Of a DNA stretch of 47,484 bases, positions 21,718 to 34,900 are shown piece by piece. Within the stretch, counting starts at the first letter, position 1. Each line of letters begins with the position of its first letter. Source of the DNA: Catajapyx aquilonaris (Eukaryota). The stretch is from positions 1 to 47,484 of the forward strand of contig KZ538786.1 of assembly GCA_000934665.2 (NCBI GenBank), given 5' to 3'. Under the pieces are notes generated by a model. That model saw only the letters and a list, made by a program, of their open reading frames with translations. It made no database searches and was not told the DNA's origin. A program made the position numbers and the translations under genes.

Positions 21718-24339
21718 TGTATAAAGTGTAATTTCTGTCACTTATATAAACTCCTGGTTGTTAACACTTTCGGAATTATCCGCCCGTTTGCTTATCATAA
21801 CTGTCAAGAGGCAGGAGGCTTACAACGGGTTTAGAGAAATTCACAAACTCTCCGTGAATACTCCGTGTTCAAACTTTGGATCCGTTCGTCTCACTTGGGG
21901 GCTGTTGCTAAAGTTGCGTTAAGTCAGGACTTAGGTAGTTACATGGTACAACATATGCTACAACTTCTAGTTTGGTGTATCTGCACTTGTATAAGTAACA
22001 CACCTACAATTTAATGTCAAACAATGTTTCGAACATCATAGCTCGCTATAACTATCAGCCCTCTAGCAAGGGAAAAAGTTAATATAAAAATGCCCTTTAC
22101 CAGCATGTCAAAGTGCTGATACACGCCCGAATTTTTTTAGCATGTAATGCAGTACATATTTCAAGTAGAAATATCCTGACAGCTTGCTTCTGGGAGACCA
22201 AATTATGCAGGCCGTTCGAAAATCCTGAAAAACCAACAACTCTTGCAACCAGTCATCTGACGGTGACACTTCCTTATGCAACATTTCCTTCTGCCCTGGA
22301 AATGTACCCTTGCCGCTGAAGAAAACGCTCTATAAAATTGCTGGCTCCCAAACGAGGCGATATTTACTGCCTCTCGTCCTTGCGTATATATTTCCCTCCC
22401 GAGAAACAGGCCCGAGTTATTTGTCGAGCAGTCAGAAGCCGGTGCAAATTGGAATCGGTTGGGCGTACAATACAAATGCCACCTGGTGGGGTCATACCAA
22501 TGAATCAAGCCGCAGCAGCCCTTCCGACGTTCGTCCTCCCCATTAACCAAGGGTTAATTACAATAAAAGCTAGTGGGATGGAGCCTGCTGATAGCTCCAA
22601 GGGATCTACGAGTTCCGCCGACGCCGTAAACTTGGCAATTTCCTTCCCCAAAATCTTGGCCGCCTTTTACTTTTCCCAGAGCAAGCGGAGCCGTCCATCC
22701 TCTCAGCTCTAGAGAGAGAGGCTATCGTATATAGAAACCCAGATGGGGACGTGGCCATTAGGCTCGCCTTCCAAAATATGCCCATCAAATTTGCATGTCG
22801 TCAGAGGGTCTCCCCCACACCCCCTTTTTCCTGGGGGTAAACTGCACTTTTCCAGCACGTGGCCTGAGTGAAAGCGAGGGAAGTATAAGGCACGTTTTGA
22901 CTGACGGACCTAACGGGTGGAATAATTTGATATTTTTCGTTCCCCAGTACCGACGTTCATGTAATGTATCCCGTCCGTCACTCAAATGGTGCATGATGGT
23001 AATTACACCATGCGGCGGATACATCCGAAGGTGACGGATAGCACATGACGCTCGAATGTTGAAGTCATAAAAATACAGAAAAATGCGCATAAGTCCATTA
23101 CTATGTATATCAGCGTATAGGATTTTGGGAGAGCGAAAATCTCCGTCGGACTCCCAAGGAATTTCTTCAGCGCTATGCCGCTGCCATAATTCGCGAACTA
23201 GGTGGATTCTAGGAGCTTCCGCATTACGAAGCCGACTTGGGAATACGCCCGACTAATTAAACCCTGACATTGTTTTACTCCAATTTACTGAGCAAGTAAT
23301 TGCTGCTTTTGCATATTATAGATCAGTAAATGCAAATAGCCGGGCTTAATGATAAGCCGTGCAGCCTTGCTCACCTTTACTCGGCTGCATTAAACTTGCA
23401 TAAAAAATACGTAACGACACCATCTTTAACCCTTTCCTCCCAAGAAAATCCGAAGCATAAAAGATTACGAGGCATACATTAAACCGCAAGATCATGATTT
23501 GCTGTCTCCAATATAAGGCCTACCGCATTAAAAGCACGCTAACCCGAGTTCGCAGGGTGAATTCTTAATGTGCCCTTCTCAGAATTCCTTCCATACGTCC
23601 CCGGAAAAAAATTTGGCGACATTCCCAGTATTACCTCCCAAATGTAACGTTTTCCCTGGCAATTCCAGCAAGAATTCACTTCTCGCCCTTTTCGTCCCAC
23701 GACCAAATTGTTCAGATGGATTTTCCTCCCGATCCTGGAGCCGTAAACCGTCCTAGCTCCAGTATAGGAGAGAAGAAGCCAGAAGAGAAAAGCGGTCGGA
23801 CGGTCAACCAGGAGCCCGAGATGGTGGAAAGTAATCCATTTGACTCCGGGCGAAAAAAGAAGAATAAAAAACGGAAATGGGAATTGGTCTATCGAAAATA
23901 AGCTGCTCAAAATTGATGTTCCAGAGGGCAAAGGAGGTCTTATATGTGAGGGCTTTTCAAAACAACGGGGGCCTTGTCTGACTGCCACCAAGAAAAGGAG
24001 CCTATTTCCTGCCTTATTCCCAAGCCTTTTTCCTTCTCCCTGCCCCGACGGTACTTTTCAACTTGCCGACACTTTGACAAAACGTGCTGGTATCACAGGG
24101 CGGTATGCCCGTTCAAGCTTTAACTGAAACACATTTCACGGCTGTTTCTCCACCTGTCTTGTGCAGGTACCAGCAACAATAGTGTGCTCCTGGGTGCACA
24201 GTACAGTTATAGTGCAACTGGCAGTTGGCAACATGTACAGGCCACTTCGAGAGAGAAGCAGAAAACAATTTGCAGGGAGGGCTGTGGTTCCTCGGGGAAC
24301 GTTCCCAGAGGTTACACCCGTCGAAGACAGTTCAAAAAC

Positions 24340-25100
24340 TATACATGCTCGCCTGTTGGATGCTTTGCACCTTCAGGGTGTAGGTCAATTCTAAAAGTGA
24401 TGGACTGCATGGTGGCTGACTACACTTTCGCGTATTTCCGTCTACGGAAAGGATTCGAAACGGGTCAAGGTGAAGAATCAGGTTTCAAGTCGCCATCCTG
24501 GGTGAAGTGGGGAAAGTTGCGAAGCACATGAATTATATGAATGCCTCCAATCTTGAGCAGTGTTCATTGTGCAACTGCCGGTTATATCAGATACCTGTCA
24601 ACTTCAGAAACCTGCTTGGGTCATTACTGCTCCAGCCTTTGCCAGCAGCACTGACTACTTTTTGGACACCCTGTGCGAGGGTGTGTATATGCCAGAAAAG
24701 TCACCTTTCAACTTTAGAAGCTGCCATCCCAGCCTCAGGCTGAAAATACTTCCTGCACAGCAACGCTCCCAAATTGTAGCAAGAACAGTAAACTCAGACT
24801 TTATGAAACTTTTACTCCCTACCTGCCTGCATTTATCCGTTATTTGCCTCCCCACTGCGTCTAGACTGGTCTAGATGAGCTCTGACTAACGCTTCTGGAG
24901 CGGAGCTAAGGCGCTGTCGAAACGCATCTCACTAACATCCTTTCTTCCAGGAGCTCCAGGCACCAACACACATCCAAGACTATTAGCCAAATCTCATATT
25001 CCTATTCTTCCAACCGTTCCTTTCATCCCATTCTTCCTAGTTTGTTCCTAGTTTGTTAATGTGGCTATGCATTTATGCACACACGAAAGAAGTAATAAAA
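24340..25100 (+). mobile_element. Possible highly decayed 3' end of a Penelope-like retroelement (GIY-YIG remnant)
   Basis: Frameshifted fragments FETGQGEE...GKVAKHM...CSLCNC...TLCEGVYM...HPSLRL loosely follow the order of PLE GIY-YIG C-terminal motifs. They are followed by a structured segment with GAAACGCATC at 24919-24928 and AATAAA at 25094-25099. Confidence 0.3.
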
Positions 25101-28100
25101 CAAGACCAAAGTTTAGCATGTAAGACGAATATTAGTGAAGAATATAATTTTCAAGTCAAAACCTAGCAGGAACACACCTGATGCATACGTCTGAGGACTT
25201 TCATAACAGTCAATTCACATAAAATATATTGACAGTTAAAAACTATTACTTGTCCGCATTTTTTCCCCCCCTTCAACGAGTGAGGGATTGGTTGGAGGAC
25301 AGCAAAGAGTAGATCGGACAAACCACACCAGCTAATTTCATGAGATTGCGTCCCCGAGGCCTGGAAATTTCTGTCGTGAACTTCCTTATCGACTGAGTCA
25401 CTGAGGCTGTAAAATCTTGCCGCCCCATCTTACCACAGCTATAATTTTTACAACGGGCCCCATTCAATGGTCTCTTCCTTCACTATATATTTGCTGGGGC
25501 GATGTATAAGCATCGAAATTAACAGGCCTCGAGAGGCCCTGGAGAAAATTTGTCTCCTCACAAATGTCGCAAGAGATCCGCAATGACGTCAATATACCCA
25601 TCAAGACTGACTTGATCTAAACTGCGATCCGAAGTTTTTTTTTTCTTTTCTTCTTTTCGGTTCAGTGGATAGGAGGGGATGCTCCACTGAGATGGTGGCC
25701 ATAAAAGGCGCCCAGAAGAATCCCCAAAAATAGGCTTTTTGACGTTGCGGGCGGAGCAACTTTCTCCTTGCCAACTCCCAACTTTAATCCTTCCCTGCTT
25801 TCTTCCACGCACTTTGGAAAATCTCTTCCTTTTTTTTCATCGTGTTTTTGTTCTCCCGTCCCACCGAAACCATTCCTCTTCCGAGAGCCCACCTCAGAAA
25901 AAACTTCCGCTTCTTTCTTTCCTCGCCTTTGTAAAGAACAAAGGCCAAATTACTTTTGATGAGAGCCTAAAAGTCGACGGGGCTCTGGTAAAGTCTAGGC
26001 TGAGAAGCACGTGTAGAGGTCGTTCCTTCTTCCTCTGCTTTATTTCTTCTGGAGTGATGAAGTGCTCGAGTTCCATTCCTTATATACGCTGCCTTGGGCT
26101 TGTTAGAGGGTTGAAACCTGCCGTCTTGTTGGTGCACCGCCTGGCTCTAATAATTTACACCGCTAAACATGTTCCAAGCGCGGATAGTCATGCCCTTAGA
26201 GGCTTCGAGTGTCTACAAAACTGCGAAGGCCTTTCGGTCTATTAATAACTAATTGGTATACAAGATATATTTACATGAGTCGGATTGTGTGCTTGATCAT
26301 GCCCTGCGATTAGCTCTACTTCTATCAAATAGGCTCCACGCTTAAAATGGGTTAACATTATAATAACACAACAAAGGCAAAATTATCGAAATTATGCAAA
26401 TTTTCAGTGAATCCAATTACACCTTGGTCAGTCTCATTCAAATGGGCTAGTTTTTTCACCGTAACATTTTAGTAACAAGTGTTATTAGCGACCATCACTT
26501 GAGGGTAACTGCCTTTTCAACTGATTCATTAGGTTTAATGAAAGCGATGATGAATTCGTGTATTGACTTTTTCCCCAATCTCTCTCTCCCTCTAAAATTG
26601 TCCTGTTCACAGGGTCAATTTAAAAACATTCGAAAACGTTATATGCATCGCATCACGATTTTCATCCGCTAATATGTAGTGCATAATAGAAGTGATTACA
26701 GCATGAACCTGATGGATTTAGAGTGAGGCAAAATGGGAAATTTACGCCTATCAGGTTTATACTGCTGGACAGTTAGTCAAAGTACGAGCTCCACCAATTC
26801 CACCGGAGTTTCAGTTCAACACCTAATTGTTGTTATTATTTATTTGCCTGGCCACTTGATGTTTTGATTATGATCTATTTCGATTTTTCACCATGGTGTG
26901 CTGCACCTATTTACAGTGTATCATGCCTATATTACATATTAATTAACCTGCGTCCCTATTTATCGCTTTTATAGCGAAATGGTGTGTTTTTTTAAATTCA
27001 TTCATTACCACTAAAAGCCCTGCGCTGCTCAGTATCTGGCCAGTCGTGAGGGCATTGTTTCACAGATGCAAATGCACAAAATATGACATTTTAACGTCAT
27101 GCCCATCTGACCTAAACAAGTACTGCTGCACATCAGACGCAAAAAAGACAACAAAAAGTCCTGCGCACAGTTCAGTAGTACACCAAGCCTTGTGTGCACC
27201 ATTTACCTTTCCGCTCCGGAAGCTTAACAACAATTTCGTATAGTTAATAGTTTACCGCCTCTTGTAATAAAACCTGACCTACTCCTCTTAATTCAACGGT
27301 ACGTGCACAGATATTCCCCGGGTGTACCACTTCTCCCAAAGATTTCCAGCCTTTTCGGAGATTCACCCAGTGATCTCATCCTACATGGGCTCCAGGATGT
27401 GAGCAGAATGTCTTTCATCGCCCAGCATCAGCAGCCTCTGCGGAACGTAATAGGTGCTGGAAGCGGCTTTGTTTGCATGTGGAACCCATCTATGTAATGT
27501 GTTTGACTCGGGACGGCTCTCTTTTCTGTGTGTGTAACGAGCCCTAAGCCGGCATGCACGTACACGCTGTAAAACCCTTCTCTTCACCTAGCACTGAAAA
27601 GCGACAGTCCCTTTGACCCCCGTTTATGACAGCGATTTCCCCCCATACACTGTTACGGGGCCTAGAGGGTGTGTCCTAGTCTCACATTACCATCGCAACT
27701 TCGCCAGCAAAATTATTTCAGACTCATAATGAGCATTGGGTATATACCAGAGAGTTTCGTCGCCTCTTTTGCCCCTTTATCCCTTCAAACAGATTTTGAG
27801 AGTTGCGGTGCGGTTCACAAAGGTGCGAGCTCGTTAAGTGGCACATCCTTCAAATTTGGCACAATATCAAGGACCGCATTCCGTATAAACGTCGTTGGCA
27901 TGAATTTAACGAGGCAGGGGTGCGACTCAAGATGGTTATCGAATTTTCACAGGGGAAAAAATCTGCTGGCGGATCTACCTATATACGTATAGTGCACAAC
28001 AAAGTTTCTGTGTGCAGATTTCTTAACGATGTGTGATACCGGTTTAGAATAATTTGCCGAAATTCTGTGTATTGACAATGCGTGTAATGCATACATTTTT

Positions 28101-31100
28101 TGTTTGTACATTTAGAGGTGGATTTTTAAAAGGCAGGGACCAGACGTGTTCTCATGTTTAATGCAAAACCCTTTTTTAAATCCCTGTTACTGGATTTCCC
28201 ATTCTTTTTAAAAGCGGCCAATTATGTTCCCATTAATGCACCTGAAATGCAAAATTGCTGGCAATTGCGCCACTAGAGGATTTACAAGAGCTCTCCAAAA
28301 GCCAGCATATCCTCGCACGTACGCAATGCAATTTGGTTCACGTTTTTACATCCGCCACTAGCAAGCACTAGACTGCATATTGGAATAACCGTTCGGACTG
28401 CTCCCTGGTTCGGACTTAACTTTGGTTTTACTGTATGTATAGGCCTATAAACCGCAAAACGTGCCGGCAGTAGCACATAGACATCTCCCAATTTTTTAAA
28501 AAGGCAAGAACAGCATGAATAAAATTGTGTCGTATATACTCACCAGGCACACACGAGTTTATTTTGCATTGTGTAATACATCGCATGACTTTCTTCGGCC
28601 AAAGCCTTGAGATGCAAGTACAGTATATATATCCTGAAATAATTATGCGATACAAAATTAAATTCGCTAAAGCCTCCCCGCGTTTCCTTCCAGGTTTGTC
28701 GTATATAGTATAAGGCTTATTATGCACCCAATTCATGCGCTGTCAGAGGCTGGGGTTGTTGGGGGTTGTGCGAATCGATCTTCCGCTGGAGTTATACAGC
28801 TTCCGGGCCAGGCATTAAGAAGAATAATTCCCTTTCAATACCAGTACACGGCGTAATATCCCACCGCCTATAAATTGAAACAGTCGACAGCATATAGGCC
28901 TACTATACAGGAGGCTACTTCTATCAAAACCCGTCAAGTGCAGCCCTATACCTCCATCGGGCACCATGTTATATTCCATTACAGGCCCTGTACATGCTGC
29001 AGGCTTCCTATATTAAATTACAACGAAGGACTGGAAGATAGGCATTTCAATCATGCTCTTGTTCTATTAGGCTTCATATTGATGCCGAGAGGAAATAACT
29101 GCTCGGGTGATCCAAAAATTACTCTCATTCTCTGACTGATGTGATGGTAATGTTCAAAGCTTCTAATTTTGGTAGAATTCCGGTACAGTGCTGGGCAATC
29201 CGGATTGTAGCCATGATTCGCGAAGGCAACATGCGTTATGGCATAGGCGGGAAGTCATTAATAATTGCTGTGCTGAGAGGATTACTTTTTTAACTCACTC
29301 GGTACAAACGGAATGAGTGAGTGCTTGAAAGGGTCCGTTGAATATATCATTACACGTTATTGCGTTCCGGAATGTGAACAGGACTAGCACTTTCTGCTAC
29401 AAGTCTGATCCCGATGAAGTTATTTCCTTTTTATCGAAATCGGGCGTTCAAAAGGCTTCTCGCATTGCACTGATTTGTAAAAAATTTAAACCATTTTCGT
29501 TCATGCGCGGTGCATATACTTCCGGCATGTTTTGTACAGTTCTTATAACGTTATTGTTTCTTTTACTGTATTATTTACATTGGAAGCGTTTACCTTGTGG
29601 CATACTTTTACTATGTTAATTTATGTTGTCTTAATATGCAACAAAGTGAGCAACTGTAGGCTAAACATATTCGTCCACACTTTGTTGTTGTTGTGCAATT
29701 CACGTTTGCAGACGTTGGGTCACCGACCGGCGAATAAAACCCACCACTTGCCGAATACGCATGCACGCACATTCTTCCCACAAGAGAAAGAAGCCAACAA
29801 AGCATGTTACGCAAAGATGCGGCTGTCCTTGCCGCCCGTAACTTTATACACCGTCACATACTCAGCTTTCCATAACCATAAACCAACGACAGCACAAGTT
29901 ATCATTCTGCTGCATAACAGTCCCGATCCCGTTAAAGGTCACTATACACGCCTCAGAAATATTTTCCCTTATTTTCTCAACTGCACCAGCTCTGTTCCGC
30001 TTAATTCTGGAACAGCATACCAAAATGTACACCGGAATCATATCTGCCCATCACATAAACTGGAGCCAAATCCTTTTAGTTGTGGCTTTAGGGCCGCAAA
30101 CGCCAGGTCCTAAGGGTTTTTAGTGTACACGAGTCATAATTTGGAAATTAGGGCAATCTGCATAATGCAACATCCCCAATCAGAGAGAGAGATAATGGAA
30201 TTTTGTAAGTAACCAAAGCACAAGTGCAGCAGTTCCCTGCATAGGATGGTACATTTTTTTAAAAATTCCAATGGACCTAAACTGTTTTGTGCCATTGTTA
30301 CTAGTAATTACAACAATATATTGTGGTATCATGCATCACTGTAAAAAAAAAAGGCGCAATAGTGGCTTGAGAAACCTCTACAACGGTCGATCCCTTCAGG
30401 TATAAGAGACACCATCCCAAGTAATGGATCGACTCACCTCTTATGTCCATGCGAGCGGTCCCAGCGGTACAATATCAGCTTCTGAAGAACCATAGTCATC
30501 GTATGGCTCGAGGGAGTAGTAATCGCGACCAGGAACCTAAATACGGTACTGGCCCCACCGGTTTACCCTCCAACAATCACCATCTCTTAAGCCTCCCCCA
30601 TCCCCGCCGGTTCACTTTTGCACGATACATACACCAGGCACGTCCGAATCTCTCCTGACCCGGAAATCGCACAATAAAAATATCGGATGTCAGAACGAGT
30701 CCATTGATTCCGGAGGGTGGGATGAAACCATGTGTCGCAAAAAGAGACACCTGGTTTTTTTGGGGGGTTGGGGGGGACTCGATTGTCGGTGTCTCGCCTA
30801 CCCCCCGACACCTGCCTGCTCCTCCGATATGGCAGGGCAGAAAGGAGTAGAAGAGAGGCGGGGTTCCCCGAGACGAACCGGGCCGGATTGCATGGCATGC
30901 GCACACCAGGCCCTGCCTCTCCGCACCACCCAACCACCCACTAAATCCCAGCTACACGGAGCAGACTCACTTTTCCGCTGCACTGTACCCACTGAGTGTA
31001 CCTGCACGGACCAATTAGCCCATCTCAACTATAGAGGCTGTCCCTTGTCTTCTTCCGCTTCCGTTCCTCCAAAGGCGGAACATGGGATATAACGAAAGGA

Positions 31101-32513
31101 AATAACAAAAATGAAGGAAGGAAGGAAGGGCGGATCCCCTCAAATTATTGCATGTGCACAATGTCGCCACTGTATATCTTTCGCGTGCAGAGGCGGAACG
31201 ATTAAGACACTCGCGAATTACCTAACCTGTCCAGCACGATGGAGGTCACGCAAATATTGCCAACGAGGTTTGTAAACACTAAACAGTGATGTGCAGCTGA
31301 GGGATTGTTGCAGCCTGTACTTACATATTGCACATTCATCAAATTGGGCAGTCAACGATGAAGGAAACACAATATAGCCTGAACATTAACACAAATGAAC
31401 GATAATGACAGAGATTGCACGTGCCCTTCATTTGCCTCAGTGAATGAAATCGGGTCTTTTTATAGGGAAAATCTCCGATTAGTGGAGGCATTGAAAACAC
31501 AAAATCTGACATAATCAGAGATTTTATCCTCTATCCGCCCATACAACCCGCTGCAGTGTGTCTAGTTAAATATTTACTGCTGACCCAGTCCTTGCGAAAA
31601 AGGCCGTTTTGATTTAATTAAAACTTCCCAAGGGTTGCAGTACACATGGCGGTGTATGTTTGGAAAACGGGCTAATTGCGGCCCCGATTGTCGAGATAAA
31701 AAGTCAACAAATCGCGGATATCCTGTCCCGATTTCTGGCCACTTCCACACCTTTCCGATGCCAACACGTTGGGTATCAATGATAATACAGGTTCCGGCAT
31801 TGACAAAAAAAAGAAACCATTCCGCTAATGCGCAAAATCGCTGTGCCACTTTCCCAGGGAACGAGACTCACGCCCTTCAATCATGTACGAATTCGCAAAA
31901 TCATTTGGCCAAATTGTGGATCCGTTCATTTTATTTTATGATTACGACTTTTAATGACGTCCATAAGAATAAAAGGTGAAAAAAATGATGCCCCTGATGA
32001 CTGCATCACGATTCTGCCACATGCTGTACAATATTCAAATGGATCAATTCGTAACAATCTCGCCACAATGAAGAGTCGTCTAAATTGCTCTTTTAGTGGT
32101 ACCTAAGAATGTTAAGTTTGAAGTAGTCCCCAGGAACATGGCGGATATTTTAATTTTTATTAAATGACGCCGGAAATGAATGAATAAATTTCGACCACCT
32201 CCCTGAATGGCTACAGGTTATTGAATAGCGGGTAGCACACGTTTCCTTTCCTCGTTGATCATCGCAAATTCCCAAGACAATATTGGCGAATTGTGCAGGC
32301 AGCCACAATCCTGGAAAGGCGGACACAAAGGAAAGCAAATCTGAGGATGGAGGAAAGAAGAGGGCTGGAAGCACCCCAAAAATGCTGATACACACACAAT
32401 GGCAAATTCCATTAAGGCGAGCGGGCTTCGCAATAATCCACTGTCGAGGGTCCTGACAGCAGAAGAATGCCAGCCACAAGAATGCCATTCTCCCTTCCCT
32501 CCCCCCCCCCCCC

Positions 32514-32529
32514 NNNNNNNNNNNNNNNN
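32514..32529. other. Assembly gap (16 N) after a poly-C run
   Basis: N bases. Confidence 0.99.
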
Positions 32530-33409
32530 AGAGAAGAAGGCCTCTAAACCATGTGCATCAGCAGGCCTCCTCTTCTTCTCCAAGAAAAGCCCAATGACCC
32601 ACTTCTGGCGGATGACTCTTGCTGCACTAAGAGATATACGGTTCCCATGAGCTGCACAAACTTTGTGGGGGCACAATCAATAGTATGAAATGCGAACGGG
32701 ATCTTGTCTTTTCCTCCTTCACCGCGGGATTTGCTTCCAAGTAAGTAAATCTCCGCAATGACGGAAACAAGCGCGGCCCGTTCCTTGCATAATTTACGAC
32801 CGCCTCGTCGCCCCCGAAGATTTTGGGTATAAGGAGATTTTCAGAGGGTAAAGAGAGAATCGGCTCAAAGTTTCTTGGCACACCGCACACCAGTGCCGAT
32901 ATTGCGATTCACATATTGTAAGTCTAGGCAGCACTGCAGCAGCCTCGGAGTTTAATGCAGTGTGTGCACTTTGGGAATGGACTGATTAATATTCATTATC
33001 TTTCGGAAAAGGTCAATAATTAATGCCCCGCAAGTTTATGCGCCAAGTTTCTGAGAGTAGTCCACGGCTGGCTAATGAATAATTACCAATAATCTGAAAA
33101 TGTGAAGAAGCGGAGTGTAACAAAGTTTCTGAATGTCACTTTGGCTTGACTTAATGCGCGGGATGGTACAATGCCAGCTCTCCTGCAGCGCTAAGGGCTA
33201 GGTGTCCTGGATAATTGATTAATTACTCCCATTAGGGAAGGTCGGCAGGTGGGGTTTTTACAGAGACAAGCACTGGTTTCCAGTTATTACTGATCGTCAT
33301 ATTAGTCCTGAAACTAGAGTAATTATCATGATATACCAGCCGGATATTTCCTGAAAGTTATATCTGTACCAATATGTAAACAAGTAGAGTACAGTATATA
33401 AACAATATA

Positions 33410-33999
33410 CAGTAAAACTTCTACGTATAAGTGGAACTTCCGTAAGTCGAAGTTCTCTGTAAGTCGAAGAAAATGATGAGCTTGGTTGGTCACAATGTAA
33501 AATAATAGGAAATAAACTTCCCTAACTCGAATTTCTATAACTCGAAGTTCTCCATAACTCGAAGTGCAGGCAGGGCCTTACGATGGGATATCAATGCATT
33601 TTCAGTCTCTCTAAGTCGAAGTTCACGTTGGCGAGGACGGAAAATTGTCTCATTTCCCAGCCGAAGGGTCGAGAGCAGGCCACATGTACAGAAAGGCTCA
33701 ATTTCCTGATCTCCGTCTACCAGACGTACGGAAAGAAGTGTTTTTGATTCGATTGTGACAATTGAATCATTGAATCTAAGAGTAGGCAAATGTCCATCAC
33801 GGAGTTTATTTGCAACAAAACAACTAGGAACATTGTAAGTGTGACAGTAATTTTTAAGTTTTGAACACCTTTCGTCCCTGGATATAAAGGTATAGGCTTC
33901 CTTATGTATAGAGTTATGTGCTTTAAAATATCCAAACTTCTCTAACTCGAAGTTTTTTTTCCCGGTCCCATGAAGATTCGACTTATAGAAGTTTTACTG
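33410..33999. mobile_element. Non-autonomous DNA transposon (MITE), Tc1/mariner superfamily, pogo/Tigger-type ends, 590 bp
   Basis: TA|CAGTAAAACTTCTA ... TAGAAGTTTTACTG|TA: a 14-bp perfect TIR, extendable with one 4-nt indel and one mismatch, flanked by TA. Multiple internal TAA(G/C)TCGAAG repeats. No transposase ORF. Confidence 0.88.
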
Positions 34000-34871
34000 T
34001 ATTCAACGTGCTACTGTCTTTGTCAATTTGTCGATTTGAAATTCTGGATATCGACAGGCCTAGTTTACCCATAAATTTTACGACTCTGTCAAAATTCCAA
34101 ACAGATTGTAATATTGTAATGGACAAACCAGTATTGGCATGTTGTGCAACTGTATGCAATCAGACATGTTTGCGACTTTAGTGGTAAACCTACTCTCCGA
34201 TCACAGTCATGCGTTTTAGTGCACATATATAGTCCGCTCAAAATGACATGCACTGTGTAATTGCTTTCCGGTGCAGCCATATACTGATGGTCACCCAGCA
34301 AAGTTGGCAGAGTTAGATCCGCGTAATTAACCCGGGGCTCCGACACGGTTGAGAATTTGCATCACTCTGATTATACAAAAAGCACCTGATGTGCACAATA
34401 CGACATTTAACCCTCCGTGGCGCGTAATGCTATCAAAGCAACGCCTGTTTTCTTAACGATGCGTATACTTTTTGCACTTGGAAAAAAAATCCTAATTTCT
34501 TAATACAGTAGGCTTGAGAAACGGTCTCATTCTCTGGAGACATCAACGTGGGGCAATGATAAAGCGGCCCATGAGAATAATGCAATTACACGCAGTAAAA
34601 GAGGACCCTTTTATACGAACGCGAAAATGTCTCTCGGCGAAACCGAAGTCCCCTTGAATTGGTCCAGCTCCTTCGAATGCAGCCAGATTCACTTGCGGCC
34701 AGCCATTTTACCCGGATTTCCAGAGGCCTCCCTTCCCCTTTGTCTCTTCCTCCACTTCACATGCATTTCGAGGACAAGGCTCTCATTTCCATTCAGGGAA
34801 GGCTCGTCCTATACTGCCCGGACTCTAATGTAATCTTCTCCGGGTTCCCTCCCTTTTTTCTTGTTCCGAGG

Positions 34872-34900
34872 NNNNNNNNNNNNNNNNNNNNNNNNNNNNN
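34872..34900. other. Assembly gap (29 N)
   Basis: N bases. Confidence 0.99.

Noticed and set aside
29532..30113. 193-aa plus-strand ORF
   Set aside because: Non-ATG start, composition typical of non-coding DNA, and no motif.
34378..34400. Minus-strand ATTGTGCACATCAGGTGCT resembling miR-305
   Set aside because: The seed differs from miR-305 and there is no complementary star arm to form a precursor hairpin.
34405..34414. TTAACCCT piggyBac-like terminus (similar words near 23425 and 43842)
   Set aside because: No matching inverted terminus with an extended TIR was found.
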